From NCBI GenBank assembly GCA_965277405.1, contig OZ255726.1, forward strand, positions 1,856,001 through 1,920,000: a stretch of 64,000 nt of DNA, read 5' to 3'. Numbering within the stretch: the first letter of the stretch is position 1; each line of letters begins with the position of its first letter. Positions 49,111-59,913 of the stretch are shown one piece after another. Position numbers and translations under genes: made by a program. This DNA comes from Gammaproteobacteria bacterium (GTDB lineage: Bacteria > Pseudomonadota > Gammaproteobacteria > G965277405). A model generated the notes under the pieces. The model did no database searches, was not told the DNA's origin, and saw only the letters and a program-made list of their open reading frames with translations.

Positions 49111-49755
49111 CTAGCAATCTGCGCTGTTGCTTGAGTTGGGCAGCTGCGTTGCCAGCGGCCATCCACCTAGGTTATGGTAACGATTGATAAGCCAACAAAA
49201 GAACTCAGCTGTTTTGGTGGCATCGTACAGTGCATTATGCGCTTTATCATTATCAAAGGGGATGTGGCATAACCCACAAATTTTTGCAAGTACCGTATGC
49301 CCAACAAAAACACCACCAAGCGTTGCAGTATCAAAAGTAGTGAACGCATGAAATGGGTTGCGCTTGAATTGATGGCGTTTCGCAGCTTGCATGATGAAGC
49401 TCATGTCAAAGGCGGCATTGTGGGCAACTAACACGCTGCGGCTGCACTGATGTGCTTTTAGCGCAGCTCGGATTGAACGGAACAGCGAATCAAATACTTC
49501 GTATTCGCTGACAGCCATGCGAAATGGGTGGAATGGCTGGATACCATTAAATGCAAGAGCTTTTTCATCTAATACCATTCCTTCTTCTGGAATGACATGT
49601 TCGTGCACAGATTCAGTAATGACTATTTGCCCAGCTGCGTCGAAGTCGAGCATTACCGCGGCAATCTCTAAGATAGGGTTGTTGCGCGGGTTGAACCCAG
49701 CGGTTTCGATATCAATAACGACAGGTAAAAAGCCGCGAAAACGTTCGTGCATCAT
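49111..49755 (-). CDS. rnt: ribonuclease T
   Basis: RFRGFLPVVID.ET.GF, LVAHNA.FD, KRNPFH.F..FDTATL, AHNALYD. Confidence 0.96.
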   Translation of the reverse strand: MMHERFRGFLPVVIDIETAGFNPRNNPILEIAAVMLDFDAAGQIVITESVHEHVIPEEGMVLDEKALAFNGIQPFHPFRMAVSEYEVFDSLFRSIRAALKAHQCSRSVLVAHNAAFDMSFIMQAAKRHQFKRNPFHAFTTFDTATLGGVFVGHTVLAKICGLCHIPFDNDKAHNALYDATKTAEFFCWLINRYHNLGGWPLATQLPNSSNSADC

Positions 49756-50780
49756 ACAACGTTCCAGTCGAGGGTTTTGCCTGCAAGCAACGGAATGATC
49801 GTGGTGTTGCCCCAGACTAATCGATGCGGCACACTCCATTGCTGCTGGCTCAGTGTTAGCGTCCCTCCATTTAATGGCAGACCATAGTAACGCGCGCCAA
49901 AAACACTGGTGAAGTCGTTGAGTTTATTGAGTGCATTGGCTTGGGCAAAGACCTGAGTATACAGCTGAATTGCGTGCAAACCAGTATAACATCCTGCACA
50001 GCCACACGCAGATTCTTTAGCATGCTGTGGGTGTGGCGCGCTGTCGCTGCCAGCAAAAAAGCATGGCTCACCACTGGTTGCAGCTTGAATGAGCGCGCGT
50101 TGGTGGTGGCCGCGTTTTAGAATTGGCAAGCAATACCAGTGGGGCTGCAACCCGCCTTGAAACAGATCATTTCTATTGCCAAGCAAGTGCTGCGGGGTGA
50201 TTGTTGCGGCAATATCGTAGCGTTGGCTATAGTCGCGGATACATGCAACTGATTGTTGGGTGGTAATGTGCTCGAGGACAACCCGCAAGGTTGGGTGGCG
50301 CAGCAGCAGCGGTTTGAGGATGCGTTCAATAAACACTGCTTCGCGGTCAAAAATATCCACACCAGGGTCGTTTACTTCGCCATGGATTAGCAGTGGTAAG
50401 CGGGTTGCAGCCATGGCTGAAAACAGGTGGTCGAGTACTGCGAAATTGTTGATTCCTCCAGCGGAATTCGTTGTTACGCCAGCTGGATATAATTTGATTG
50501 CAAACACAGTGTCAGAAGCCGCCGCTGTATGAATTTCTGCAACAGGCATTAGCTCGTGCAAATACAACGTCATCATTGGCTGGAACGCTTTAGTTGGTAA
50601 CGCGGCAAGGATGGTGGTGGCGTAGTGCTCTGCTTGGGCTGTGGTGGTTATAGCTGGCATCAGGTTGGGCATGATGATGGCGCGAGCAAAAACCTTGGCA
50701 GTGTCTGCAATGGCAAATGGCAACATTGCACCATCACGCAGGTGGAGGTGAAAGTCATCTGGGCGGCGAATGGTGATCAT
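49752..50780 (-). CDS. pyrC: dihydroorotase (class II)
   Basis: RPDD.HLHLRDG, MPNL, KLYPAG.TTNS, HGEV, EHITT, YCLPILK, GSDSAPH. Confidence 0.96.
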   Translation of the reverse strand: MITIRRPDDFHLHLRDGAMLPFAIADTAKVFARAIIMPNLMPAITTTAQAEHYATTILAALPTKAFQPMMTLYLHELMPVAEIHTAAASDTVFAIKLYPAGVTTNSAGGINNFAVLDHLFSAMAATRLPLLIHGEVNDPGVDIFDREAVFIERILKPLLLRHPTLRVVLEHITTQQSVACIRDYSQRYDIAATITPQHLLGNRNDLFQGGLQPHWYCLPILKRGHHQRALIQAATSGEPCFFAGSDSAPHPQHAKESACGCAGCYTGLHAIQLYTQVFAQANALNKLNDFTSVFGARYYGLPLNGGTLTLSQQQWSVPHRLVWGNTTIIPLLAGKTLDWNVV

Positions 50781-50787
50781 CGCTGCT

Positions 50788-51297
50788 TTATATTCTGGCT
50801 TGTATTATTTCATCGATATTCATATGGTCGTATCGTTCAAAAGGCTGTTGAATCCACGGGTCATTATCGAGTGCTTTGCTGACGAAATCTGGAGTAAATT
50901 GGCTGGTTTTTTTGGTCCAAATGACAGCAGTGCGAATAGCGGTGATTTCGCTATATTTTTTTGGGAGCATTGTAACAATTTTTTGAAAAGTAACCCCAGT
51001 GTCGACGAGATCATCTACGAGCAAGACATTGCCATGAATGCTTCCGTCTGGAATACTAATTGCTGGCGCGATTTGTAAGTGACCTTGCAATGTGCCGCCG
51101 CCTTCACGGTACGAACGCGCCGCCAGAATTGCCAACGGCTTATTAAATATTCTGCTGAGTATATCGCCAGGGCGAAACCCGCCACGAGCTATGCACAGGA
51201 TTATATCGAATTTCCAGTTTGAATGATAGATGAGCGCTGCTAAGTCTTCAGTAAGTTGGCAGTATTGCTCAGTTGTGATGATTAGTTTGTCAGTCAT
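50788..51297 (-). CDS. type I phosphoribosyltransferase (purine PRT-like)
   Basis: IARGG, VLLVDDLVDTG.T PRPP loop, WI.QPFE. Confidence 0.85.
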   Translation of the reverse strand: MTDKLIITTEQYCQLTEDLAALIYHSNWKFDIILCIARGGFRPGDILSRIFNKPLAILAARSYREGGGTLQGHLQIAPAISIPDGSIHGNVLLVDDLVDTGVTFQKIVTMLPKKYSEITAIRTAVIWTKKTSQFTPDFVSKALDNDPWIQQPFERYDHMNIDEIIQARI

Positions 51298-51492
51298 ACT
51301 TCAATAAAATACACGATGGTATGGTTTTCATAACGCTACAAAGATGAATATTATAAAAGTTGGCTAAACTAGCGATGTTGTGTAGCTGTTGTCAACGATG
51401 AATGCCAGTTTAGTGCATTTCGAATGTTGGCAGTTGTATTAACGCGACGTAGTATATATGGTGAGATATCTGCACAATTATATAGATAACGA

Positions 51493-52983
51493 ATGGAACT
51501 ACCAACTGGGCTACATCAATTAGAAAAATACACCGCAGACCTTAATATACTCGGCTTTTTGCACGGATTGTATATCAATGGTAGCTATTGCCAAGGCGGG
51601 GGGGAAGCCATCCAAACGCTGTATCCGGCGACGAATGCGCTGCTTACAAGTATTAACAGTGCTAGTAAACAAGATACAGAAGCAGCAATTGCAGCTGCAG
51701 CAGCAGCATTTGCTGAGTGGAAGCAGACACCAGCTGCTGTCCGTGGTCGAATTTTACGCAATGCTGCAGAAATTTTACGCAGCAAAAATGAGGCTCTCGC
51801 CCATCTAGAAACCCTTGATACTGGCAAGCCAATTGCTGAATCGCTCGTCGTCGATGTTGCCTCTGCAGCAGATTGCTTGGAATTTTTTGGAGGAATTGCA
51901 GCGAGCATTCACGGTGAATATATAGATCTTGGAACAGCGTTTGGCTATACCCGTCGTGAACCATTAGGTGTGTGCGCAGCAATTGGTGCTTGGAATTACC
52001 CGCTGCAAATAGCAGCATGGAAAGCCGCACCTGCATTGGCATGCGGCAATACGATGGTGTATAAGCCGTCAGAACTCACTCCATTGACTGCTCTGCAGCT
52101 CGCCAGTGTGTTGAGTGAGGCAGGGCTGCCAGATGGAGTATTTAACGTTATTTGTGGTTTTGGAGGAGTCGGTCAGCTGCTCGCGAGTCATCAGAACATT
52201 GCTAAAGTATCGTTGACAGGGTCGGTGGCGACAGGGATACAAGTCATGCAAGCTGCTGCAGCAACATTGAAGCCGGTGACGCTCGAGCTTGGCGGCAAAT
52301 CACCAATTATCGTGTTTGCAGATGCAGATATAGAAAATGCAGTAAAGGCATGTTTGAATGCAAATTTTTATACTCAAGGGGAAATATGCTCAAATGGCAC
52401 GCGTGTTTTTGTTGAAAATAGCATTGCGACAGCGTTCATCGCCACTTTAGCCGAACGGGCTCAACAGTTGCGGATTGGTGACCCGCTTGACCCGCATACC
52501 CAAATTGGTGCGCAAATATCTGCTGCGCATTGTCAGAAAGTCATCGATGCGATCGAGCAAGGAAAAAGAGAAGGGGCAAAATTAGTATGCGGTGGCAGCC
52601 GAGTTGGCGAGACGTTTGTATCCCCAACAATTTTTATCGCGCAAGATCATCATGCAATAGCACAACAAGAAATATTCGGTCCAGTGATGAGTATTCTGGC
52701 TTTTGCTAGCGAAGCTGAGGTTATCAGCCGCGCCAACGCAACTGAATTTGGACTAGCTGCTGGCGTATTTACTCAAGATATAAAGCGTGGACACCGTGTG
52801 GTTGCAGCATTAGACGCAGGCACATGTTGGATCAATAACTACAATATTACCCCAATAGAATTGCCGTTTGGCGGGGTCAAGCTATCAGGAATTGGTAGGG
52901 AAAATTCGCTCGCTGCAATCGAACATTATACAACTCGAAAGTCTGTATATGTTGAAATGGGTGATGTTGCCAGCGATTATTAA
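51493..52983 (+). CDS. betB: betaine aldehyde dehydrogenase
   Basis: LETLDTGKPI, REPLGVC..IGAWNYPLQIA.WK, LELGGKSP, QGEICSNGTR, GREN. Confidence 0.88.
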   Translation: MELPTGLHQLEKYTADLNILGFLHGLYINGSYCQGGGEAIQTLYPATNALLTSINSASKQDTEAAIAAAAAAFAEWKQTPAAVRGRILRNAAEILRSKNEALAHLETLDTGKPIAESLVVDVASAADCLEFFGGIAASIHGEYIDLGTAFGYTRREPLGVCAAIGAWNYPLQIAAWKAAPALACGNTMVYKPSELTPLTALQLASVLSEAGLPDGVFNVICGFGGVGQLLASHQNIAKVSLTGSVATGIQVMQAAAATLKPVTLELGGKSPIIVFADADIENAVKACLNANFYTQGEICSNGTRVFVENSIATAFIATLAERAQQLRIGDPLDPHTQIGAQISAAHCQKVIDAIEQGKREGAKLVCGGSRVGETFVSPTIFIAQDHHAIAQQEIFGPVMSILAFASEAEVISRANATEFGLAAGVFTQDIKRGHRVVAALDAGTCWINNYNITPIELPFGGVKLSGIGRENSLAAIEHYTTRKSVYVEMGDVASDY

Positions 52984-52988
52984 TTGCT

Positions 52989-54872
52989 ATGTTGCTGGCA
53001 TTGTATATTAGGGAAGTACTAACGTATCTGTTGCGCTGGGCGCTGTGTCTGGCGGTGCTGGTGATGGTTTGTTTGCTGTTTAGGCTAGCTGCAGCTGTAT
53101 GGCTATACCCACATCCACTCCCAACTGCTGAAATGGTGTCAGCGCTTATGTTTGGTTTGCGTTTTGATCTGGCGGTTGCTGCATTTTTGTCGTTAGCGCT
53201 TATACCATTTATTTATACGCAACGCTTTCATGGCGTGTGTTTTGTGTTGTTGTCATTGTGTGTGTTGGGGATAATTGCGGTATTCGTTGGAGATATTGCG
53301 TATTTTCAAGATACAGGAAAGCACGTTACCTATGAAGCACAGCATCTCATGCAAAGTGTGTACCCACTGTTGCAAACGCTGCTTTTCCAACACACGGCTG
53401 TGTTTGGTATAGGTGTAGCAATAGCTGGAGTTGTGTGGTTGGCGTTGTATTGCTTATACCGTTACCGAGCGCAGTTAGCATGGAGACATCAACCCAGCGT
53501 ACTGGCAATATCGTCATCTTTGCTAGTGTTGGTTTGCTGCGTGGTAGTGCTGGTAAGGGGTGGATTCATCAACATAGCATTGAAGTCCAACTATGTGTAT
53601 TATGCAGGGAATGTACATCACGTAAATGTAGCCACAAACCCAGTCTACCAACAGATATTCCGTATTATGGAAAGGCTGGTAAAACCTGATGCTGTCGATA
53701 TTCATGTTGGGTATGCAGGTGATGCGTATACAGAGGTTATGAATATATTGCCTGTGCCACAACGCCACGATGCGCTGCCATCTTGGCCACGAGCCAATAT
53801 CATTGTAGTCTTGTTAGAAAGTTGGCATATACGGGTTATTTCTCAGCGGGTGACGCCAAATTTCTTAGCCATTAAGGGCATCCGTGTGCAACGCATGGTC
53901 ACGGACGCTACCCGCACAACAGAAGGGTTATTTTCGACGTTTTGTTCGTATGCAAATCCGCTTGGTAGTAGTATTACGGCTGGCGATTTAATGTTCTATG
54001 ACTATAACTGCCTGCCATCAATCTTGCGCAACTCTGGCTATTCAAGTGCGTTTATTCAGGGCACACATCGTGATACCAGCGCAGTAGGAGCGGTCAGCAG
54101 TAAGCTCGGATTTTCTCATAGTTATGGTCGAGAAGAGATCCATACCCGCAAATACCCACTGCACGCTTGGGGGTTATACGATCAAGATATTTATAATTTT
54201 GCTATCAAAACAATCAGCCGCTTGGCTGAGCCATTTATTATTGGCATTAATACTAATACAACGCACAATGATGAACTGCTACCACAGCATACACCACTTA
54301 TAAATGCCACACGCGAGCAACAGGTATTTCATTTTGCCGATATCGCTTTAGGAGATTTCTTACGCGATCTCAAAAAATTGGTGCTGCAACGCCCAATGGT
54401 CTTGGTATTTGTTGCAGATCATACCAAAAGCGGCGGCAGTTTGAGTGAGCGGTTTTCCATACCAGTGGTGATTGCATTGCCAGATCATACTAGTACAACA
54501 TTGCCATTAATTGCCCATCAGCGCGATATTGCCGCGACGTTGTTAGATATACTTGGATTACCAGCAGAGCGTTCGTTTACTGGAGTTTCCTTGTTTAATC
54601 CTCAGCATCATTATAGCAATATATACGCTGATGGCGCGCTAGGCTGGAGTAGCCAGAATTTTGCGATAACCAGCAATGTATTTAATGGTGCTGAGGATTG
54701 TTATACGCAGGCATGGTTGGCACAGATACCGTGTGCCCCACCACACGCTGTATTACGCCAGCAAGCAACTGCATTCGTTGCGTATACCCAAGGATTGCTG
54801 TACACAGGGAATACTAAACTCTTTGGCGATCCAATTACTCGCAACCATTACCATGATTTTTATCGTCAATGA
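52989..54872 (+). CDS. LTA synthase/sulfatase-family membrane transferase (paralog 3)
   Basis: GLRFD TM region, NIIVVLLESW, RTTEG.F, WG..D, TH, ADH. Confidence 0.85.
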   Translation: MLLALYIREVLTYLLRWALCLAVLVMVCLLFRLAAAVWLYPHPLPTAEMVSALMFGLRFDLAVAAFLSLALIPFIYTQRFHGVCFVLLSLCVLGIIAVFVGDIAYFQDTGKHVTYEAQHLMQSVYPLLQTLLFQHTAVFGIGVAIAGVVWLALYCLYRYRAQLAWRHQPSVLAISSSLLVLVCCVVVLVRGGFINIALKSNYVYYAGNVHHVNVATNPVYQQIFRIMERLVKPDAVDIHVGYAGDAYTEVMNILPVPQRHDALPSWPRANIIVVLLESWHIRVISQRVTPNFLAIKGIRVQRMVTDATRTTEGLFSTFCSYANPLGSSITAGDLMFYDYNCLPSILRNSGYSSAFIQGTHRDTSAVGAVSSKLGFSHSYGREEIHTRKYPLHAWGLYDQDIYNFAIKTISRLAEPFIIGINTNTTHNDELLPQHTPLINATREQQVFHFADIALGDFLRDLKKLVLQRPMVLVFVADHTKSGGSLSERFSIPVVIALPDHTSTTLPLIAHQRDIAATLLDILGLPAERSFTGVSLFNPQHHYSNIYADGALGWSSQNFAITSNVFNGAEDCYTQAWLAQIPCAPPHAVLRQQATAFVAYTQGLLYTGNTKLFGDPITRNHYHDFYRQ

Positions 54873-54876
54873 ACAT

Positions 54877-55761
54877 TCAATATTTCATGGTATAAAACCA
54901 AGCGGTGGACAGCAGTAGTATTGGCAATACAACATGGAACGGCTGCGCCCATGGCGCTACATTGGCAACAGTCATACTGAATCCAATAAGTGCTGTAGCA
55001 CCAATAAGCAACAGTAAATAACCCATACAGCGCTGTGCATGGGTGTCCGCTGCCTTTCTTGCTGTATGCAATGACCATACAATCATCAGCCCGAGTATGA
55101 CCGCCATGGTTTTATGCACGATAAATAACGTGCCGAGTGATTTTGTACTTGCAGGGATGCGTAGCATTTGCGATATTTGTACGGCTTCATGTGCAGCACG
55201 AATTTGTGCACCGAGTAACAGTTGCAGGGTTAGCCCACCGCATATCCAAAACAAGTAGTTGCGCATGCGCTGCGAGATTTGCCAAGGCTGTATTCTGCGG
55301 ATACACCAAGTCAGATTGATGGTAATTGCAGCCGCACCCAACAAATGGCTGGTTATAACCAGCGGGTGTAATTTAGTATATACAAGCGCAGCTCCGAGCC
55401 AGCCGACGCAGCCGACTAATACCAGATTCACCAACGCATGGAGTATTGCAAATTTTTGGCGTTCAAGTATGCATGCAAGCAACAACAGCACGCTGCATAA
55501 CCCCACGAAAGAGCCGAAGAGCCTGTTGCTATATTCAGTCCACGTGTGGATAACGTTAAAATAAAAGTCAGGGAGCAGTAGATATGCTGGTGGAACTTCA
55601 TCAATGCTCGTCGGCGGAATCAATAAACCAAAGCACGTCGGCCAGTCTGGGCAGCCCATCCCCGCCCCTGTAGCGCGGACAGCTGCGCCGATAAAAATCA
55701 GCATATATACTGCACCAAGCGTAGTGTACAATATCAGCTTGGTTGGGGTTGATAATTGCAT
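54877..55761 (-). CDS. ctaA: heme A synthase (COX15/CtaA family)
   Basis: GA.VR.TG.G.GCPDWPTC.G, W.EY.NR, conserved His in TM segments. Confidence 0.88.
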   Translation of the reverse strand: MQLSTPTKLILYTTLGAVYMLIFIGAAVRATGAGMGCPDWPTCFGLLIPPTSIDEVPPAYLLLPDFYFNVIHTWTEYSNRLFGSFVGLCSVLLLLACILERQKFAILHALVNLVLVGCVGWLGAALVYTKLHPLVITSHLLGAAAITINLTWCIRRIQPWQISQRMRNYLFWICGGLTLQLLLGAQIRAAHEAVQISQMLRIPASTKSLGTLFIVHKTMAVILGLMIVWSLHTARKAADTHAQRCMGYLLLLIGATALIGFSMTVANVAPWAQPFHVVLPILLLSTAWFYTMKY

Positions 55762-55809
55762 GGCATTATGGGTTAGGAAATATGCATGGTGCTGGGAATA
55801 CAATATTTA

Positions 55810-55935
55810 GGGTCTGTCCTAAATTTTGGGTAAGTTCTCGCAGCACTTTTGTGTTTGGATAGGTAGCATCAATAGCATCAGCAAAGTCGTTGCGGTCATC
55901 CACACAGGCAATTAGCATAGCCGTGCAACCCCGAT
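55810..55935 (-). pseudogene. IS256-family transposase remnant with terminal end
   Basis: minus strand reads RG...LIACVD...FADAIDATYPNTKV (IS256-like) and then ACCCAAAATTTAGGACAGACCC, an IS256-like end. Confidence 0.6.
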
Positions 55936-56140
55936 GTTACTGTTGCGAATGTTTCGCCTGAACGAGGCTCATTATAGGCATTTCACTCAATCAGGGATAC
56001 AGCGTACAATGTTACGTGGGTTCAGTTATTGCAGCGGATACAATCGCATTATCCTGCATTATTGTAAAAATTGGCAATGCTTGCCCCATTATGGCGCTGG
56101 CAACATTGCTGCGTTATAACCAAATTCTGAGCTGCCTTAG

Positions 56141-56427
56141 GGAAGCTCTAATTAAGTCGCTGATGGGGCGAGGTTGCCTGCAATTGCTGATGATTGCAAG
56201 GCGCAAACCGCTAAGCGCATGCCGTAGCATATACGCCAAGGGATGCAACACAGCAAGCGCAGCAATGGCAGCAAACCCAAAGTATATTCAACAGAAGGCT
56301 GGGAAAAAACGCTGCGCTAACGTCGTTGCAGCACTTGATAATACCACCAGTATTATCAAGTGCTGCGTATAGTTATCATCAGCGTTTTTTCTCCGTCTCG
56401 CCCATCATGGACTTAATCAGAGCTTCC
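56141..56427 (+). mobile_element. MITE copy 3 (287 bp) with TTAG target-site duplication
   Basis: TTAG|GGAAGCTCTAATTAAGTC ... GACTTAATCAGAGCTTCC|TTAG. Confidence 0.92.
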
Positions 56428-57189
56428 TTAGGACTTAGTAAAAAACGAAATAAGTTCAGCAGCAGGTGTATATCCGGCAATCACTTGATTGGTTGATAGA
56501 ATTAGCAGTGGTGTTCCGCGCACTCCAATTTTTTGTCCAAGGGCATATTGTTCTGCAACAGGGTTATCGCATTGGCGCATTGTTATAATTTTTCCTTGTT
56601 TGGCTGCGGTCATAGCAGTTTGCCGGTCAGGCGCACACCATACGTTCACCATCTTTTGATACGATGGTGTATTAAGACCAGACCGTGGATATGCAAGATA
56701 GCGCACACGAATACCTGCATTCAGGAGTTTGCCAACTTCTTGGTGCAGACGGCGGCAAAAGCCACAGTCAACATCTGTAAACACAAATATCTCGCCGATT
56801 GGTTTACCTTTTGGGTTGAAGTTGACAGTTTGGCTGTCATCGATGGCAGTAACTGTTTGGACTTTGAGTATGTTGCGCTGTTGCGCACTTGTATTTGCTA
56901 ATTGGTTGTGTTCGTTGACCGCGTATAAATCGCCAATTACAAAACTATCTACTGCTGGGTTGCTAAACAACTCAGTCCCATCTTTTAATACAATCACATA
57001 CAGTTGCAGTTGCGCATTAAATCTGACGATGTCGACTTGACTACCAATGACCGCAGTTGCGCGTGCTGTTACCCCTGCTATGTCTGGCGCGATGCTCTCA
57101 TCTGCTGCCAGTAACGATAGCGACAAACATAGCAGCACCAGCACACACAACTGGCGCGTTATCCGCATCAAGCCAAGCAGGGTAGCCAT
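56428..57189 (-). CDS. dsbC: thiol:disulfide isomerase DsbC
   Basis: VFTD.DCGFC..LH, VRYLAYPR, VWCA, GV.GTP. Confidence 0.9.
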   Translation of the reverse strand: MATLLGLMRITRQLCVLVLLCLSLSLLAADESIAPDIAGVTARATAVIGSQVDIVRFNAQLQLYVIVLKDGTELFSNPAVDSFVIGDLYAVNEHNQLANTSAQQRNILKVQTVTAIDDSQTVNFNPKGKPIGEIFVFTDVDCGFCRRLHQEVGKLLNAGIRVRYLAYPRSGLNTPSYQKMVNVWCAPDRQTAMTAAKQGKIITMRQCDNPVAEQYALGQKIGVRGTPLLILSTNQVIAGYTPAAELISFFTKS

Positions 57190-57552
57190 TTACTTTTTGT
57201 TGGTAATTTTCTCTTTAATACGCGCTGCTTTACCTGAAAGTTGGCGCATGTAATAAATTTTCGCTTGGCGGACATCACCGCGACGTTTACAGATAATGTC
57301 TTTAATTTGCCTACTATGCAGTTGAAATGTTCGCTCAACACCAACACCGCTTGAAATTTTACGGACGATAAAAGAAGAGTTCAATCCTCTATTTCTTCTC
57401 GCAATAACCACGCCTTCATACGCTTGAGTTCGCTCTTTTTCGCCTTCTTGAACGCGGACATTAACAATGACGGTGTCGCCTACAGAAAATTCTGGGATAT
57501 CCTGGCGCAATTGCTGTTTTTCAATTTCTTGAACGAGTGGGTGTGATTGCAT
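57190..57552 (-). CDS. rplS: 50S ribosomal protein L19
   Basis: P.F..GDTV.V, EG.KER.Q.YEGVVI, VRKIS.G.GVER.F, GDVR.AK.YY.R. Confidence 0.97.
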   Translation of the reverse strand: MQSHPLVQEIEKQQLRQDIPEFSVGDTVIVNVRVQEGEKERTQAYEGVVIARRNRGLNSSFIVRKISSGVGVERTFQLHSRQIKDIICKRRGDVRQAKIYYMRQLSGKAARIKEKITNKK

Positions 57553-57588
57553 TGATGTTCTCTATGTGATTATGATAAAAAATATTGA

Positions 57589-58266
57589 CTATAGCAAATC
57601 GGGGCGTAAATGGAATGTCCGTTGCAGTGATTGTTGTAATCTCCATTTTTCAATCGCTTGGTGGTCACCACTCAATAGCACTGCAGGCACCTGCAGACCA
57701 GCAAATGTTGGCGGTCGAGTGTATTGTGGGTATTCTAATGTATCGTTGGCAAATGATTCATCTTTTGATGAGGCTGCGCTGATGGCGTTGGGTAGTAAGC
57801 GGATTATCCCATCAATCATCACCATAGCCGCCAGTTCGCCACCGCTAATCACATAGTCGCCGAGAGAAACAATATCAGCGTCGAGTAATTTCTCAACACG
57901 GGCATCGATTCCTTCATAACGCCCACAAATCATAGTAAGATTGTCGTATTGCGTATATTGCTTGAGTATAGCTTGGCACAAAGGCCTGCCATGCGGGGCA
58001 AAGATAATTGTTTTATTGGTTGAGCTGTGCTGATGTTGTTGTGTAGCTGCCTTACATGCAGCGATGATAGGCTCACACGCCAGCACCATTCCAGCACCGC
58101 CACCGTAGGGCTTATCATCAACCCTGCCAGTCGCATTGGAGGCATAGTCCCGCAGCTGCCATGGAGTAATCGAGCAAATTTGTCTGTCAAATGCCCGACC
58201 AATGATGGTCTGGTCGCGAATTGCCGCAAACATTTGCGGGAACAAGGTGATGACATCAAAATGCAT
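57589..58266 (-). CDS. trmD: tRNA (guanine-37-N1)-methyltransferase
   Basis: ITLFP.MF, VDDKPYGGG.GM, CGRYEGID.R, S.GDYV.SGGE, LEYPQYTRP. Confidence 0.97.
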   Translation of the reverse strand: MHFDVITLFPQMFAAIRDQTIIGRAFDRQICSITPWQLRDYASNATGRVDDKPYGGGAGMVLACEPIIAACKAATQQHQHSSTNKTIIFAPHGRPLCQAILKQYTQYDNLTMICGRYEGIDARVEKLLDADIVSLGDYVISGGELAAMVMIDGIIRLLPNAISAASSKDESFANDTLEYPQYTRPPTFAGLQVPAVLLSGDHQAIEKWRLQQSLQRTFHLRPDLL

Positions 58267-58277
58267 GGCGTCCTTAT

Positions 58278-58430
58278 GGAAGCTCTAATCAAACCAACAA
58301 TACCTGCAAAAGATTGTTTCGCGTAGTTATTTGCAATTGCATCGATTCGTTTAGAAGATGGTAAAATCATACAAACATACCATTGTTGTGGCATTGATAA
58401 GATTGGATCAGTACTTTAATCAGAGGTTCC
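58278..58430. mobile_element. short 153-bp element with the same terminal repeats but a different interior
   Basis: GGAAGCTCTAATCAA ... TTTAATCAGAGGTTCC; extra terminal-repeat remnant GACTTAAGCAGAGCTT at about 58452. Confidence 0.6.
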
Positions 58431-58566
58431 ATTGAATACTGCTGCAGTAACGACTTAAGCAGAGCTTTACAATACATTGCACAACATTTGCCGCGCTGAT
58501 TTTCCATGCGGCTATCGTTTGCGTTTTTTTTGTGCACAATTGCAACTCAATTTACAGGATTTTGCT

Positions 58567-59907
58567 ATGACATTTCGCTACTTTGGTACAGATGGAATTC
58601 GCGGACGGGTTGGGCATGCACCAGTCACGCCAGATTTTGTACTAAAACTCGGCTGGGCATTAGGTAAAGTACTGCAAGAACAATATGACTCGGCAACAGT
58701 GCTTATCGGCAAAGATACCCGTGTCTCTGGCTACATGTTTGAGTCGGCGCTGCAAGCGGGGCTATCGGCATCTGGTACGGACATCCTGTTGGTTGGTCCG
58801 CTGACAACGCCTGCTGTTGCCTATCTTACCCGCACATTTAATGCGCAGGCGAGCGTGGTGATTACTGCGTCGCATAATACTTACAAAGACAACGGTTTTA
58901 AAATATTTTCAGCAAATGGCAGAAAACTTTCTGATGTGATGCAACAGCGCATCGAGCATTTTATAGATCTGCCATTACAAACAACCAAAGCCGCAAAACT
59001 CGGACGCGCTGCGCGAATGACAGATGCTCGGGGTCGCTATATTGAGTTTTGCAAGAGTACATTAGACAGCTCAATGGATTTGCACGGTATTCGTTTGGTG
59101 CTTGACTGTGCTAATGGGGCAAGTTATGACATTGCCCCGTCAGTGTTTACCGAACTTGGTGCAGATGTAATTGCGGTAAATATACATCCAGATGGTTTAA
59201 ACATCAACGAACAATGCGGTTCTACCCATCCTGATTCGCTGCAACACCATGTGAAAACCTATCGCGCCGATTATGGCATTGCTTTTGACGGTGACGGCGA
59301 TCGTTCAATTATGGCTGACAGGGACGGCAATATTTATGACGGCGATGACTATTTATACACAATCGCCCGTCACTGGATGAGCGTTGGCAAACTCGATGGT
59401 GCGGTCATTGGCACCATCATGAGTAACCAAGCACTAGAGCAGGCATTCAGGCGACTGTCCGTACCATTCTACCGTGCTAATGTTGGCGATCGTCATGTGC
59501 TTGCCGCCGTAGAACAGCATGGAGCAAACCTCGGCGGCGAGCCCTCTGGTCATGTCATTTGCCCGCAGTTTAATAGTGCTGGCGATGGAATTATTGCCTC
59601 CTTGCAAATGCTCACAAGTTTAAGACAGCTGAATTGGGATACGCCAACCTTGCGCGAACACTACACGCCCTATCCGTCTGAACTTGAAAACATTATTATT
59701 GAACGTGAAATAGTGAAGCGACACAAGGAGGAAATCGCAGCGATTGCCGCACGCGCCAATACCAATCTAGGCGCTGCAGGACGGGTGTTAATTCGACCAT
59801 CAGGTACGGAAAAAAAACTGCGTGTTCTTGTCGAATGTAATGATACTGATACCACATTAGCAACGATAGCCAGCGTGGTGACAGAACTGAACACGTTGTT
59901 GGGATAA
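58567..59907 (+). CDS. glmM: phosphoglucosamine mutase
   Basis: YFGTDGIRG, GKDTRVSGYM, ITASHN, FDGDGDR, GGEPSGH, RPSGTE. Confidence 0.96.
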   Translation: MTFRYFGTDGIRGRVGHAPVTPDFVLKLGWALGKVLQEQYDSATVLIGKDTRVSGYMFESALQAGLSASGTDILLVGPLTTPAVAYLTRTFNAQASVVITASHNTYKDNGFKIFSANGRKLSDVMQQRIEHFIDLPLQTTKAAKLGRAARMTDARGRYIEFCKSTLDSSMDLHGIRLVLDCANGASYDIAPSVFTELGADVIAVNIHPDGLNINEQCGSTHPDSLQHHVKTYRADYGIAFDGDGDRSIMADRDGNIYDGDDYLYTIARHWMSVGKLDGAVIGTIMSNQALEQAFRRLSVPFYRANVGDRHVLAAVEQHGANLGGEPSGHVICPQFNSAGDGIIASLQMLTSLRQLNWDTPTLREHYTPYPSELENIIIEREIVKRHKEEIAAIAARANTNLGAAGRVLIRPSGTEKKLRVLVECNDTDTTLATIASVVTELNTLLG

Positions 59908-59913
59908 TCAAGC

